Source: Camelus ferus
Lineage: Eukaryota
NCBI RefSeq assembly: GCF_009834535.1
Contig: NC_045696.1
Location: 96,412,001-96,476,000 of the forward strand
Length of the DNA stretch: 64,000 nucleotides
Direction: 5' to 3'
Below the pieces are notes generated by a model. The model made no database searches. It saw only the letters and a program-made list of their open reading frames with translations, and was not told the origin of the DNA. Shown piece by piece: positions 1 through 12,749 of this stretch. Positions within the stretch are counted from its first letter, which is position 1; the number at the start of each line of letters is the position of its first letter. A program made the translations under genes and the position numbers.

Positions 1-316
1 GGACTTCCTGTCAGCCAAAATGAACTGGAGACCAAGCAAGGGCGCTCTGGTGATGTGTCCACATAGGTCAGCCTCCGCAAAGTGAATCTGGAGAGGCCGA
101 AGATACCTGACACATCTGCTTTTAATTAATTCTGCCACACCTTCCTCCCTCCCTCCCTCCCTTCCTTCCTTCCACCAAACTTTACTAACCTTTATACCAA
201 GCACTGTGCTAAATAAATGCTCTCACACAGATTATTTCATTTAACCCTTCAGATTTCTCACTAAGGCAGGGAATATTGCTTTTCCCTAAGCAAGTACCTC
301 CACTGTGTTGACCTCT

Positions 317-588
317 CAGTAGTTTTCAACCTTTTTAACATGGAAAGTCTCTTTTTTAAAAAAAAATGAAACCTCCCTGGAACCCTAATATAAGAAACGA
401 ATAAAGCAGTATATATTAGTGGAAATTTTTAAATGCAGCTCTACATTTCCTTAGTATTAGGTTAACCAAGGAGAACAACAACAAGATTTGTGATTAATGC
501 AAAAGTTTGAAACTGGTTTCACTGGCCTCCACTGGCATCAGCAACCCCAAACTTTGATAGACTCCGTGAAACAGTTTGACAGCCACTG
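317..588. mobile_element. Degenerate hAT-Charlie-type non-autonomous DNA transposon
   Basis: Ends cagtagttttcaac ... gtttgacagccactg resemble Charlie TIRs (CAGTGGTTCTCAAC). Confidence 0.5.
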
Positions 589-1374
589 AAATAAGTGACC
601 GGGGAAACACGAAGCTTCATTTTTCAAACCTACAACTTCTTGGCAATGCCTCCTTTTTGTAATCAGAATCTGACTACCAGGACACACGAGACACGACTGA
701 CAGCTACACTTTTCCGGTCACCTGGTCAGGAAATATCTCATCCCTCTGAAAACTCATCCTTTACGCCTCAGTTACCCAACTCTTTGGAGCAGCTTAACCT
801 AGGAAATGAAGGCTCTGGTTAAAAACACGGAGATTTAGGAAGCCAGGACGTGATTAACCATGTTGGCATTTTGCCAAATGAGCCGCTAACAACCAGGGCC
901 AGGGACACAAGTGCTGATTAGTAATCCCTGGGCTTACAAATGGGGTTCAGACCCAGTCCTGACAATCCGCTGTGACAGACCAGGGAATTCCTAACCTATT
1001 GTAGCTGCAACCACACTGCCCTGAAAAAAAAGTATTAGTCTAATCAAAATTTATTCACCAGTGCCTCTACTCATAAAGAAAGAAAAAATCTTGTAAGATT
1101 ATTTAATTTAAATTTAGCAGACTGGAAATCTCCTAGGCACTCTCTGTGAAACATAAAATTAAACTTTGAACCTACACACGAGGTTTCTAATGGTTAATGT
1201 TTGTTTCAAAAAATGCTTTGATGTACAATTTAGTCATTCATTCAGTCATTCATTTAACAAATATTTGTTAATTTGCAGGTCATGTTTCAAGAGCTATTCT
1301 AAATTCTGGTGATAAGTCTCAGTGAGCCAGAAAGAACACTCTGAAGTTGGCTGGAATTGGTGTACTGGTTTTGC

Positions 1375-1590
1375 ATGCATTTTGGTTAAAGTAACAGAAC
1401 ACCAGACTTAACACTGGCTCAAACTAACCTTCTTAATTTTTGTCCAGAAGTCTGGAGGGAAGCAGCTGCTGCCTGTGGTTCAGGGGCTTGACCATGATGG
1501 CCTGCATCTTGGCAGTGCTCCTGGCCTTTCTCTCATGCTCATCCCTTCGTGGTGACCAGATGGCTGTGAAGGAAGGAGGGCGTCACGAGG
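1375..1590 (-). mobile_element. MaLR (MLT1-type) LTR fragment
   Basis: ttttggttaaagtaacagaacaccagacttaacactggctcaaac is the reverse complement of a typical MLT1 3' end. Confidence 0.55.
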
Positions 1591-2989
1591 AAATGGGCCA
1601 TGATAGTGATGCTGGAGGAGGGTTGTGATGAATGGTAAGTTCTGTTTGGGGCATGTTGTCAGGGAACTTGGTGATGTCATGACACTCAGCACATGTGTCC
1701 TGTAGGCAATTAGAGATACAGAACTGGATTTGAGGACCGAAGTCAGAGTTAAGGATGTTTGAGGAGGCAGGAGGAGTCTAAACTGAGAGGCCAGGGGAAG
1801 AGTGTCTTCTTAGAACTAAGAGAAATACTCCTCTGTAAACAGGTTCCCAAATGGAGGTGAGTACAGATGGGACAGTTGAAGTATAGCAGCCTCAGGAAAG
1901 TGGGCGGTAAGGTCCTCTGGGAAAGGAACGGGGGCCATATTGAGTGACTGGATTGGAAACAACCAGTGTGGGGATGTGCAAGGGCTGAAGAAAACTGGCT
2001 CAGCTGGTCGCAAGACACAAATTGCAGTGATTCAGGTCTGCAGACTTCCAAAGTCTCCCCAGTAGCAGTTCAGGTCCAGGAGAGGAAACAGGGCTACAGA
2101 ACATGCATGACACAAGGCTGGTGATGGTCATGGGAAGAGGGAGTCAGGAGTGGCCATGGTGACCAGGTGGAAGGTTGGACTAGAATCCAACCAGGCAGGG
2201 AGAGTGCTCAGGGTCAACTGCTATGGGGAAGTCCCCTGGTGCCGTGTCTCAGGCTCCTACCACTTGGATTTCCTCTCTCCACAAGACCAGCTGCAGGGCA
2301 CCAGTGGTAGGTGAATTTTCCAAGAGAAAACAGAAAAGGAACAATTGGAATCAGATGATGAAGTTAGCCAAGCTCTAAGTTCTGGCAAATTCTTGTGTAA
2401 CAGAACTTTATCTCCAGATCCCAGATCACTTCTGAGGGGTTAACTCTAAATCCTGCTAAGCTGACATACTTTCTCCTTTTTAAAATAGTTTGTTTCTTAT
2501 TCTTGTATTTTTAAGAGTGGAGCTCTCCAAACCTCCTTCCCCTATATGAAGGTTTTAATTTAGAAGAAAGACATGCTGGTATATCCTTTAAGAAGTCTCC
2601 TCTAACCAAGTTGGACCAGCAGAGGTGCTGATGCAGAATTAGCCACTCTCTTGTCACAGGATGGTCATCTATACCTCTGTGGCCTTCCAGAATCATCCCT
2701 GGTTCTTGGGGGAAGTTCCGTGAACTCCTGCAGAACCAAAGAAAAGTGAATTGGGACTGACTGAAGGATCTGTTGTGCATAGAGACCCAAGTCTGAGGGA
2801 AGTAGAAGAATGCGATTGGAGAATACCAAGAATGCCAAACGTGGAATCTTTTAAGTGGAAGAAACAGCACCATGATGATTTCTGAACTGGTGAAGTCAAA
2901 TGACAACTCTTTTGTCGCTCTACATCTTCACTAAGAAAAGAACTGTAACCTTTTCTTTAGGAAACAAAGACGGTTTTTCTAATCTCACA

Positions 2990-3590
2990 GAATTCTAGGC
3001 TCTTAATATCGAAAGGTCATCTACTGGTCAATTAGTCCAGGCTGCCACCAAGCAGCAGGCACTTCTGAAACTGTCTTGGCTGCTGGCTGTTTAGCATCTC
3101 CTCAAACACACCTAGAGATGGGGGCTTTTCACTGCTGATGAAGCAGTTCATTACTTTCTGGACACTTCTGATTCTTAGACAACTGTCCCTGACATAGGAT
3201 TGTCATTTGCTTCCCTATAGCTTTCATTTATTTGTCCCAGTTTCATCCTCTGGTGCCTCATGAGGTAGGCGTTTTCCCCTTTCTCAAATGAGGGTCTTTC
3301 CAGTGTTTCTGTGCCCCTCTCAGATTTCCACTAATACTTTTTTTTTTCTTTTTGAGACCAAACATCCCCAGTTCTTTAATGTCCCTTTCATTGGCATGGC
3401 ATTGGGACTTCTCACCATGCTGGTCTTCATCTCTCACCTGGTCAGGCAAGAATGACGACCCAGACCTGGACACCACATTTGGATGTAGACTGACCAGGAT
3501 GAAGAACAGTGGGACTATTCCCACCTCTAAACTGGACACCCGTGATGCAACTACCATAGTCCAAGATCGCATTCATCTCTTTAGTCTGGT
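2990..3590 (-). mobile_element. CR1/L3 LINE 3' fragment
   Basis: Minus-strand ORF 3258-3572 contains IVPLFFILVSLH and ELGMFGLKKK...LRG, degenerate forms of CR1 ORF2 motifs IVPLYSALVRPHL and ELGLFSLEKRRLRG. Confidence 0.7.
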
Positions 3591-3809
3591 GAGGCTATAA
3601 CCCCATCTTCTGGGATTTCAGCGTACTACCACTTAGCTCTGCTTTCTTCATGTGGTTTTGCAACCAAAATTATATAGGAAACTTGTCCTGAATTCTCCTT
3701 CTCTGAAGTCTTGGGCTAAATTCCACTCCTCATTCTGATCCCTGGGAAATTTCTCATTACCAAGTACCAGGATTGCTGCTTCCATTTCCCCAACTGAGAT
3801 GTTAGTTCA

Positions 3810-5950
3810 GTTTAGTTTAGCAATATTTATCGAGTTATTGCCATGTGCTGGGAAGTGCTATGGATGCTAACTAGGCGGGGGAGAGGATACAAATAAATCA
3901 GGGTATGATTTCTACCCTAGTGCAGCTTGCTACACGTAAACACACAATGACAGTGCGACATAGAAAGAACTGTAATATACAAACCCAGTGGTTGTGGGGG
4001 CCCAGATGAGTGACTCTTGGCCCAAACAGGAAATTCAGGGAAGGGTTCCCAGAAAGAGAAGTATCTCGAGCATTGAGTAAGCATTAGAGGGTACTGGGAA
4101 GAATGTGGGAAGACAGGACAGAAAAACTGAAGTCAAAGAGGCAGCAGGCAGGGTGGGGTATGTGAGGAGCTGCAGGCTATTTGGAAATGCTAGAGCATCA
4201 AGTACCAGACAAGGAGGGGTGAGGTCACTGAAAACCTTACTCTTCGCCTTGGACTTGATTCAACAGGCACTGGGGAGCTCTTGAAATGTTTCAAGAAGAT
4301 GGGAGAGTAATCAAATTTGCCTTTATCACTTTGGCCTCAATAGAAAGGACAGATTTTAAAAAGACTAATCTGGAGGCAGGCAAATGGGTTGGGAATACTT
4401 AAGAGTCTAATGTGATAATTCAGGCAAGAGATGTCAAGGACCTCAATGAAGACAGTGGCAGAAGGACAGGACAGATCAAGCAATGTAATGGGTACAACTG
4501 GCTGGCCTTGGTTATGGAGAACTGTGAATGACAGAGAATAACAATAACAACAAAAATTCAGATTAACCCCCAGAAATCTGAATCAAATGGCAAGGAGGAT
4601 GGTGATACAACTTACTGAGAGGGAGGAGGAGATGTCTGGGGAAGCATGAGTTCAAGTTTGAACATGTGGAACTTGAACTGCTTATTGAACATGCAATTAT
4701 AATGTCCAAAAAATAACTGGACTTATGCATTGAATGTCACAGGAGAGACCAGACTGGGAGATGAAGGTCTTCTGTTTCTTGGTGGGAGTTAAAATCATGA
4801 GAATAGTTGAGCCGGTAAAAGGAGAAACATAAAGAAATAGCCATGGGGCTGGTTCACAACTGTGAGGTGCACCAGTATTTAAGGCAGATTTTCTACAAAC
4901 AAGTTCTACGTGTTTTCTTTTTTTGTTGTTGCCAACATTTAAAATCAGGAAATTTCACCTGAAAACAAGAATTTCAAGATTCTCCTATAATCAGGAGCTC
5001 TGGACCCACTGGACTTGCATTTTCACATAACAACATCCATCAAAATTGAGTAGCAGCTTTCCCTTTTCAACGGGACACAAGTTCTCCTACTGTTTACAAC
5101 CTCCACTACTCCCCACTGTCTTTCTCACACCAAGGCTAATGTCGTCTCTCATTAATTATTACTATGGTGTTGTTTCATATACTTACTTCATTTATTTATA
5201 TTACTTCCCTGGCCCTGGTAGATACTTGTGTTTTTAATTCCCAGCTTAAAAGATGAGTAAAGGAAGAGGATCCCACTAGAGAGATCAAGAAGCACAATCA
5301 GAGAAATGGCAAGAAACCAAGAGAGAGATATCCTAGTTGCCAAGCAATTTCAAGAATGAGAAGTTCAATAGTGTCAAGTACTATAGTGAGGTCTAACAAG
5401 ATAAGGATTAAAAGTGACTATTGGGTTCGCCAATATGAAGATCTTTGCCAGAGTAGAGATCTTTGCCAGAATTGTTTTCAACAGAGGGATGGAGGATGGA
5501 AGTGAGATCTCAGGGATGTGAGGACTGAATGAGAGGTGAGCAAATGGAAAAAGAAGGTAATTTTCCTCTTTCCAGAAAGTTGACCAGAAAAGAAAGCAGA
5601 GATCTGGGCAATAGCCAGAGACATTAGAAGGTGGAGAAGGCCAAAAGAGATTGCTTCTTTCCAAAAAGAAGTCTTTAAGCATATTTACGAGTTATATGCA
5701 AAGAGCTTGTGGAAAGGAGAAAAACTGGTGGTGTAAGAGAGATGATAATACACAGAAGCAGGTGCCAGAGATGAGAGGAAATAGATCCAGAGTACAGGCG
5801 AAGAGGCTGGCTTTGAACTGGAAAAGGAACTCTTTATCCCCATGAATGGTGGAGGGGAGAGAATTATGGGAAAACAGAAGTTTGCAAGGCCAAATTGTTT
5901 AGGTCCAATCACTTTATTGATAAAGTAGAGGGGAGGTCATCTGCTAACTG
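3810..5950 (-). mobile_element. L2 LINE, long fragmented copy
   Basis: Starts with an L2 3'-end reverse complement (tttagcaatatttatcgagttattgccatgtgctggg); purine-rich L2 body motifs such as gagttcaagtttgaacatgtggaacttga follow. Interrupted at about 4880-5250. Confidence 0.7.
4880..5250. mobile_element. Probable hAT-Charlie (MER102-like) insertion inside the L2
   Basis: Abrupt compositional switch within the L2; acatttaaaatcaggaaatttcac motif recalled from MER102-type elements. Confidence 0.4.
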
Positions 5951-7574
5951 TGAGAACTATGGATTGGAGGTAAAGATCTCTAGGAGAAAGATGAAGGGCT
6001 CTCAGAGGTCCTGGATGGAAGGGGAGTAGGGGCTCATGGAGAATTATCACAAGGGTTGTTAAATAGTCCCAGCGGTCCCAAGGGTCCAACCCCTGAGGCT
6101 GGAGGTTGGTCATTCCCATTGATTCCAGTCTGCACGGTGGACTGATTTTCTCTAGCCCCTGAGGAACATGCTCAGATATGCAGCGTACTTACCATAGCAC
6201 ATGGTAATACTATCTTCAGGGGTGGCAAATACTATGGCTAAAAATACAGACCTAGGGCAAAAGCATGTATCACTGTCATCTTTAAGGCATTAAACATTGA
6301 AGAAACTGCAGTTGAACTCTTGGTGTCATCTTTTATACACTCCCCAAGTTTTAGCCACAGGAGGAAGGTAATACTTGGCCCAAGAAGGCCCTTACCATCA
6401 TTATTTTTTCCAGTTTTCAGGAGACAAAGTGCTTATTCTCATCCAGAGTAAGTTGACCATGTTTCAGGGAAGTTCAAAACATAAGACAGAAGTAGAGTCC
6501 AGAGCCTAGCCACAGGGAGGGTTAAAACTTGAGTTGAGAAGATGCTATCAAGAAAGAGCCAGAAAGAACGCAGTAAAAATTAAGAGACAAAGACTGAGGT
6601 GAAGTAGGAGTCAGGGACAGAGGAAACAAAAGGAAGCAAAGTAAGAAGAGAAAGAGTGGAAGGGAGAAGTCTGAAAGGACAGAGACAGAGAGGGGGAGAA
6701 GCACTAAAAAGAAAAGTGAGGAATAAAGCAAAGAAGGAAGAGGTTAATCCCAACTGTGGAACCAAGAAGCCTGCTTGGGAACCAGTCCCTCCCCTCAACT
6801 GCCTTGGGAGCTGAGCCTGAGGCCCCACCTGTAAATCTCTCCTTGTTGGTACCACAAATGCACATCCATTCCCACCCACACACTCCACCCTGCTGCTGAA
6901 AGTCCAGGCCATTTTGTTTTGAAAGGTCTCTGTCAATTAAATGGACAGTGGTGTCCAAGAGAAGCTACAAAGGTATAATTCTGCAGAAATTTCTTCCCTT
7001 TTTATTGCTTACCCTCCACATAAACATAATAGGACACCACTAAGCCTCAAAACCAGGTCTATTTGGCCGACAGAAGTTAAAATAAACTGAGAGATTTAAA
7101 ACTTCCTTCAACCATTGGCTTCTTAGATAATCATGGGTCCTCCCTCCTTAAAGTCTGAGTCCCTGTAAATTCAAAAAAAAAAAAAAAAAAAAAAAAAAGC
7201 CTGTAAATCCATCCATCTCATCATTCTACAAAATGACCCTCTCTGAGGATGAAGGTACAAAGACCTTGCAACACCCTGTTTTCAAGGGGCTCAAGAATTC
7301 GTGGAGGGAGAACATACATGTGGCCACAACTTTTTTAGGTTATGCCATTACCAGGGCATCTCTTAGTGGAGGAGCTGTCAGCTTCCTCCAAGTATCCCTT
7401 AGTGTCACTCCAGTTTTTGTTGTTGCTGTTCTTTTGTATTTGTTTTTCGTTTGTTTTAAATAGTAGCTCTACTGGCACCCACACTAGTTTTTTTATGTGG
7501 CGCTGTCAGCTACCCCACCACCACCTTCCAATTGGATTGCCTTCTTAATCCCCTTGTTCCAGAAATTCTAGAGT

Positions 7575-8110
7575 TCCCAACTGTGCCACAGGGCCCCAAG
7601 ACCCCGCCCAGGTTTGGTGATTCTCTCGGACTCACAGGACTCAGAGACAATCATATTCATGGCTACGACTGATTACAGTGAAAGGATACAAAGCAATCAG
7701 CAAAGGGAAGGGGCACGTGGGCGGAAGTCTGGCGGACACAGGCACAAGCTTCCAAGAGGGCCCTCCCAGTGGGGTCACACAGGATGCACTTAGTTCCTGC
7801 CACAGTGAACTGTGACATCACGTGTGAAATATTGTCTATGAGGGAAGCTCACTGAAGACTCAGTGCCAGGGTTTTCAGTGGGGGCTGGTCACACAGACAC
7901 TCTCTGTCCAGCACGTAACACAATTCCAGGCTCCCAGAAGGAAAGCAGCTGTTCAGACAGTTTAAACAAGTTACTCTCACCACTTAGTTTTCTATCAGTG
8001 GAGAGAACAGTGTACCATTCAAGTTCCCAGATACGAGCCAAGGGCCAATCTTACAAGCAGCCTTTCTAAGCATAGCAGCCTCAGGCCTGCTATGTTCATT
8101 ATTTTCTGCA
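7575..8110 (-). mobile_element. MER21-family solo LTR
   Basis: Continuous match to recalled MER21 consensus, e.g. ggactcacaggactcag, tacagtgaaaggatacaaagcaatcagcaaagggaa, cctcaggcctgctatgtt...ttttctgca. Confidence 0.8.
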
Positions 8111-8149
8111 TCCCAACATTATTAAGACATTAATTGGTTATAATAAGTT

Positions 8150-8372
8150 TACTCGGCAATACCACCTCAGAGCACTTGTCACAAATTAAAATGATAATAT
8201 TTTGTGTCCACTTGTGTGTCACTTGCCTGCTTGTTCATTTTCTACCTCTCCAACTAGAATGTTGGCCTCATGAGGGTAAGGACTTTGCCACATTCACTGC
8301 AGTATCTTCAGCACCTCGAGTAGGGCCTCCCCTATTATAGGCACTCGACAAACATTAGCTGAAGGAATGAAA
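8150..8372 (+). mobile_element. L2 3' end
   Basis: ctagaatgttggcctcatgagggtaaggactttg...ttcactgcagtatc...taggcactcgacaaacattagctgaaggaatgaa. Confidence 0.7.
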
Positions 8373-9199
8373 GAAGAGATCAAGAGTTCAGCCTGGGCCA
8401 GATTCAGGGGTGAGCTCCTTCCTGGGCGACCACAACCTGAATCAGCTGAGATAAGGGCCTACGGAGTACTTTCCAAAGGCAGTTTAGTCACAGAGATTCC
8501 CGATCTGGGGCGCGTCAGAAGTCAGAGTTTCTGGATCCCACCTGCAGCTGTGTCAAGAAGGAAATATAAGAAAGTTCTGTATCTTCTCATTTCTTTCCCT
8601 TTCTCTTACTAAAGATAAACACGGTGCCGGTGAGTGTTTCCCATGTTCCTCCCCACTCTCAGAAACATTTCTAATGTCCAGATTAAGTAGCTCCTGAGGG
8701 TAGCAAAAATGATATTCCTTTTGAAAAACAGCAATCTGTGTAGCCTTGGAGAAAACCTAAAGGACCCATGAATGGAAAGGGGTCTCCGGACTGAAAATCA
8801 GTTCTCACTTAATGTCTCCTCTCGCTATTGCTCTGGCGGTTGAATGGGGTCAGGTTTTCATCTTATGTAATATGATGGGACAATTCAACTTCCAACAAGT
8901 GTAGCAAATTTCCCTAGAGCTACATAGGAGAGAGCTAAGCGGTTACATAAACACATATGGAGACTTAGAAATTTTAAAGAGAGGCTAAATACTCAGAGGG
9001 ATGTGTCACCCCCAGGGGAAATTAACAGTTGGGTCAACAAGCAGAACTCTCCAATTTACATGTGGATCTCAGCCAATTTTATGACTGCACCGCAGGAGGA
9101 GGAAATGGCCTTAGGTACACATTCTTCGTGACTTACTCTGAGAGGAAGAAAACAAGCAATACCTTTCATCTCAGGATAACAGGAGAAAGAAAAGCAATA

Positions 9200-9725
9200 T
9201 AGCCAGAAATGACCACCCGGTGGAGGATTTGGGGTCAGAACAATGTATCTGCTGGGGAAACAAACACTCAAAAGGATTGACTGAAAGGACTGAATGAAGA
9301 GACTAGTTACAGACGTGTGGATAGGTTAAGGGAACTAACAAAGGACAGTGAGGCACCGAGAGACTCACAGCAGCAGGAAGCTGATACTACTGTTAGTCCT
9401 GATGAGAGCAAAGGGTAGAAGTGGTGTCATTGGAACCAGCGAGCTCTGTAGTCCTGGAAGAGGAGTTACCCATTAGGAGCTGCAGCTGGTGCAGACAGAG
9501 TCAGAACCATAAGAAATTGAGGGGAATTGGGGTGGGGGGTGATAAATACCCCAACCTCTCTTTCCCACTACTCATCAATCTTCTCTGATGGCTCCCACTG
9601 GCCAAAGCCAACTGGAAGCCAGGGGCAAGGAAATCTGTGTAAGACAGAATACAGAGGTCAGCTTCCTGGGGCACAAGCAAGTCAGAGAGGGTATATGCAC
9701 AGAAGTCAGAGCAAGTGATCTCTCC
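9200..9725 (-). mobile_element. ERVL LTR (LTR33/LTR16-like)
   Basis: ggctcccactggccaaagccaactggaagccag is the reverse complement of the motif in the related copy at 19050-19400. Confidence 0.6.
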
Positions 9726-9829
9726 TACCCTCACTCTCACTCAGTTGCCAACAATGGGTGACAGCGGGTGAATGTGTTGGGCACAGTCCCAAGTCCATTA
9801 CAATGGATAACCCTACTGCATACTCGGGA

Positions 9830-10660
9830 AGTGATGTACCACGAAACTAACCCGCCTGCATCTTCAGGGCCTCTCACTTGCACATACATCTTTGAAGGTC
9901 CTTAGAGGGATCCTAACAATGAGTTCACATAGTCATATTTTTAGAAAATGTTTAAGTGGAAGATATGTTCGTGTTAATTTATTAAAATGACTGACTCTTT
10001 CCACTTAGAATTCCCTACCACGATCTTTCCCTTCTTGTCAGGTGGCATTCAGTACCTGTTGGAATTTTGGGGATCTGACTAATGAGAAGTTGAGTTGGGA
10101 TCACACTAAATTTGGGTGCAGTGGAATATTTTTAGGTGGTTTGTAATCATCCCAGTGTAGGGACGGCTTCCAGGAATGCTCCTTCTGTCCATGGTGCTGA
10201 TTCATCATGAACCGAAGCTCAGGGCCACGGATCATATCCGAAGACGAAAGTGACCTACAGCACATGGCAGTGGGTATGTGGTGTGGAGGAAAAACAAGAT
10301 TTGAAAGAAACAGAGCCAGAAGCTAGTCTCTGGAAAATTCTTCCAACCATCAGATGTGAATTCTCATTGATGCCTCGACAAAACGGAAGTTCTTTCTTGG
10401 CAAGAAAACACTCTACAATTCAGTGCATACAATTATAACAGCATTGTACTTTTCCCTCTCATTTTTGATGGGAATTGTGTGAAACAGAATAGAATTCCTG
10501 TGCCTGTAGGACATGAACCAGTATCACCATGGATTATATACCAGTTATTACAAACGCTATATCTTACTATGTATTTTGTAAATCACGTAAGTAAAACTAG
10601 AGAAAAATATGCAAATCTGTTCTAAAATAATGTAATAGCTCATATTTACAAAGTATATAC
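9830..10660 (+). mobile_element. Zaphod/MER115-like hAT-Tip100 DNA transposon fragment
   Basis: cttcagggcctctcacttgcac, gagaagttgagttggga and gagccagaagctagtctctggaaaattcttccaaccatcaga match the recalled Zaphod 5' region. Confidence 0.7.
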
Positions 10661-10730
10661 AATGAGTATATTAAGTACTGATAGATAAGTACTTGATAGA
10701 TAATTCATTTAATCCTCCCAAGAATCTTTT

Positions 10731-10882
10731 TTTTAATTAAAAAAAATTTAATAAAAAATGTGGGGGGCAGTAATTAGGCTTATTTATTTATTATTTATTT
10801 TAATGGAGGCACTGGGGATTGAACCCAGGACCTTGTAAATGCTAAGCATGCACTCTACCCGTGAGCTACATACCCTCACCCA
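10731..10882 (-). mobile_element. Vic-1-type tRNA-derived SINE inserted in a MIR
   Basis: Reverse complement of tRNA-like head with B box (ggggattgaaccc), taattaggc tail and T-rich end; 12-bp TSD caagaatctttt at 10719-10730 and 10883-10894. Confidence 0.9.
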
Positions 10883-11349
10883 CAAGAATCTTTTGAGGTA
10901 AGTATTACTATTATCCTCTTCCTGGCTTTTATTTTCAAAAGCCAAAACTCATCGTTGAGACCAAAATTAGAGGTGAGAAGTGAGTACTTCTCCAGGAAGC
11001 ATGATCAAAGAAGGACTTTTCCAGAACAAAACCCCAGGCACTGGAGCAGACCTCAGTGGCTGGGCCCCAGGCCGAAGCCGTGACTGCTAAGTATCAGCAA
11101 GGCCGAAGGAAGGAAACACTGGGGCTGGGACAATGAGCAAGTCAGCAGAAATTAGTAGAATATCTAGTAGGATGGGGGCCTGAAGTTATGATTAACTCAT
11201 AAAAATTTTAAAAGTAAATTTATTGAATCTCTGAGTTTGAGGACTAAGATGTATATCTGCTATCTAAGTTTAACTCTGAAAATGGAACCAAAGAAATAAT
11301 ACAGCTTAGCTTCACCCCCTTTAGTATCTGGGTTAACTCACAAAAGAAC

Positions 11350-11550
11350 ATTGGCTTTGAGCCAAAAATAACTGGCTTCAAACCGCAGTTTTCCTATGTA
11401 TGAGCTCAGTGACCTTGGAAAATTTATAAAATTTCCCTGAGTCTCAGTTCCCTCGACTGTCAAATGGGTGTCATTGCAGGAATTAACTTAGGCACTGCCT
11501 TTAAAAACTCCTAGCTTGCTACTGTATAACGGACACTTAAATATCGGTTC
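11350..11550 (+). mobile_element. MIR SINE
   Basis: gtgaccttggaaaattta...ccctgagtctcagttccctcgactgtcaaatggg, MIR core. Confidence 0.75.
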
Positions 11551-12749
11551 CCTTTTTAAAAGAACATAAAATTGAAACACATTTTCTGGAGGAAAGTGTT
11601 GCAGAAGCACAAATTACACAGTCCTGTTCCAACACCACCTAGCTAATATGTTTTATGAAGAAACCCAACTGCAATTTTAAAAAATTTTGACTCACCCAAC
11701 ATTTTCCCCCTGCTTTCTAAAACTGGAAACCAAGGAGGTAACGTGTATCCATCTGTGCACCCACACCCTTCTGAATATGAAATTTACATAAAAACCTCCT
11801 CAGTCTGTTTATCCAGGCCTCCTTGGTTTTGAGGCAGATATATCTGCTTCAATTAGAACCTAATCCTGCTTACCTCACACTAAAACCAGTGAGAAAGAAA
11901 AACAATAGTCCATTTAATTAAATTATGCTAAAGCCTGAATTCAATCCTCAGTGTATTAAGAAGGAAGATTTTGAATATTGATTACTGTTCCCTGCATAAA
12001 AACTCCACTACCTGATCCCGGCTCTCTCCCTAATAAAGAATGAAGCTCCCCCTCCGCACCCCACCCCCAATCCTGGCAGTTTTTATTTTATTTAAAAACA
12101 AATTAAATCGGTCCAGCTCTAGAAAAAAAAGAAACATATTGTTCCTCCTTTTCCCTTCTTTCAACTGTCTGTTTCTGGCTTCTGGAATTTCTCTGTCCTT
12201 ACCCCAACCATCTGATGCTAGGTGGCCACTGTCCTCCTAGTCCCATGGTGACTTTTCATTCCTTGGGCAGCATCCTGGATCTCTTTCCTCTCTGCCTGTC
12301 CTCTTTGTTCTGCTAACAATCCTTAAAGAGAGGCTGGGCTCTGCCTGGGGCCACACCCTGAGTTGCGCTAGGCATCTCCAATGTTGTTTGCCTAGAAGTT
12401 ACACACAGGGTTGTGCACAGAAACCTGGGTTAACCGATGCCCTGCTTCTCGTCTATCCGATTTGGTGGCCCATGTAGAATCTGCACCCCAACCCAGCCCT
12501 GAACGAAGGTGCACAATAAACTTCTGACTCTAGACTGCCCTGTGTGAAAGAGTAAGAGCCTGCTCCTTGCAGTAACTGGCTAAGGAGGAAGAATTGGGTA
12601 GACAGATTGGATTCAGAATTAGAGATTAGGGTAGTTACTTGCAAACCTGATCGTACCATGGAATAATCCAGGGAGATTTTAAATAACATTGAAGTCCTAG
12701 CCCCATTTCACCTGACTTAGTTGATTTGGTTGGGACTTAGGCTGGGTAT

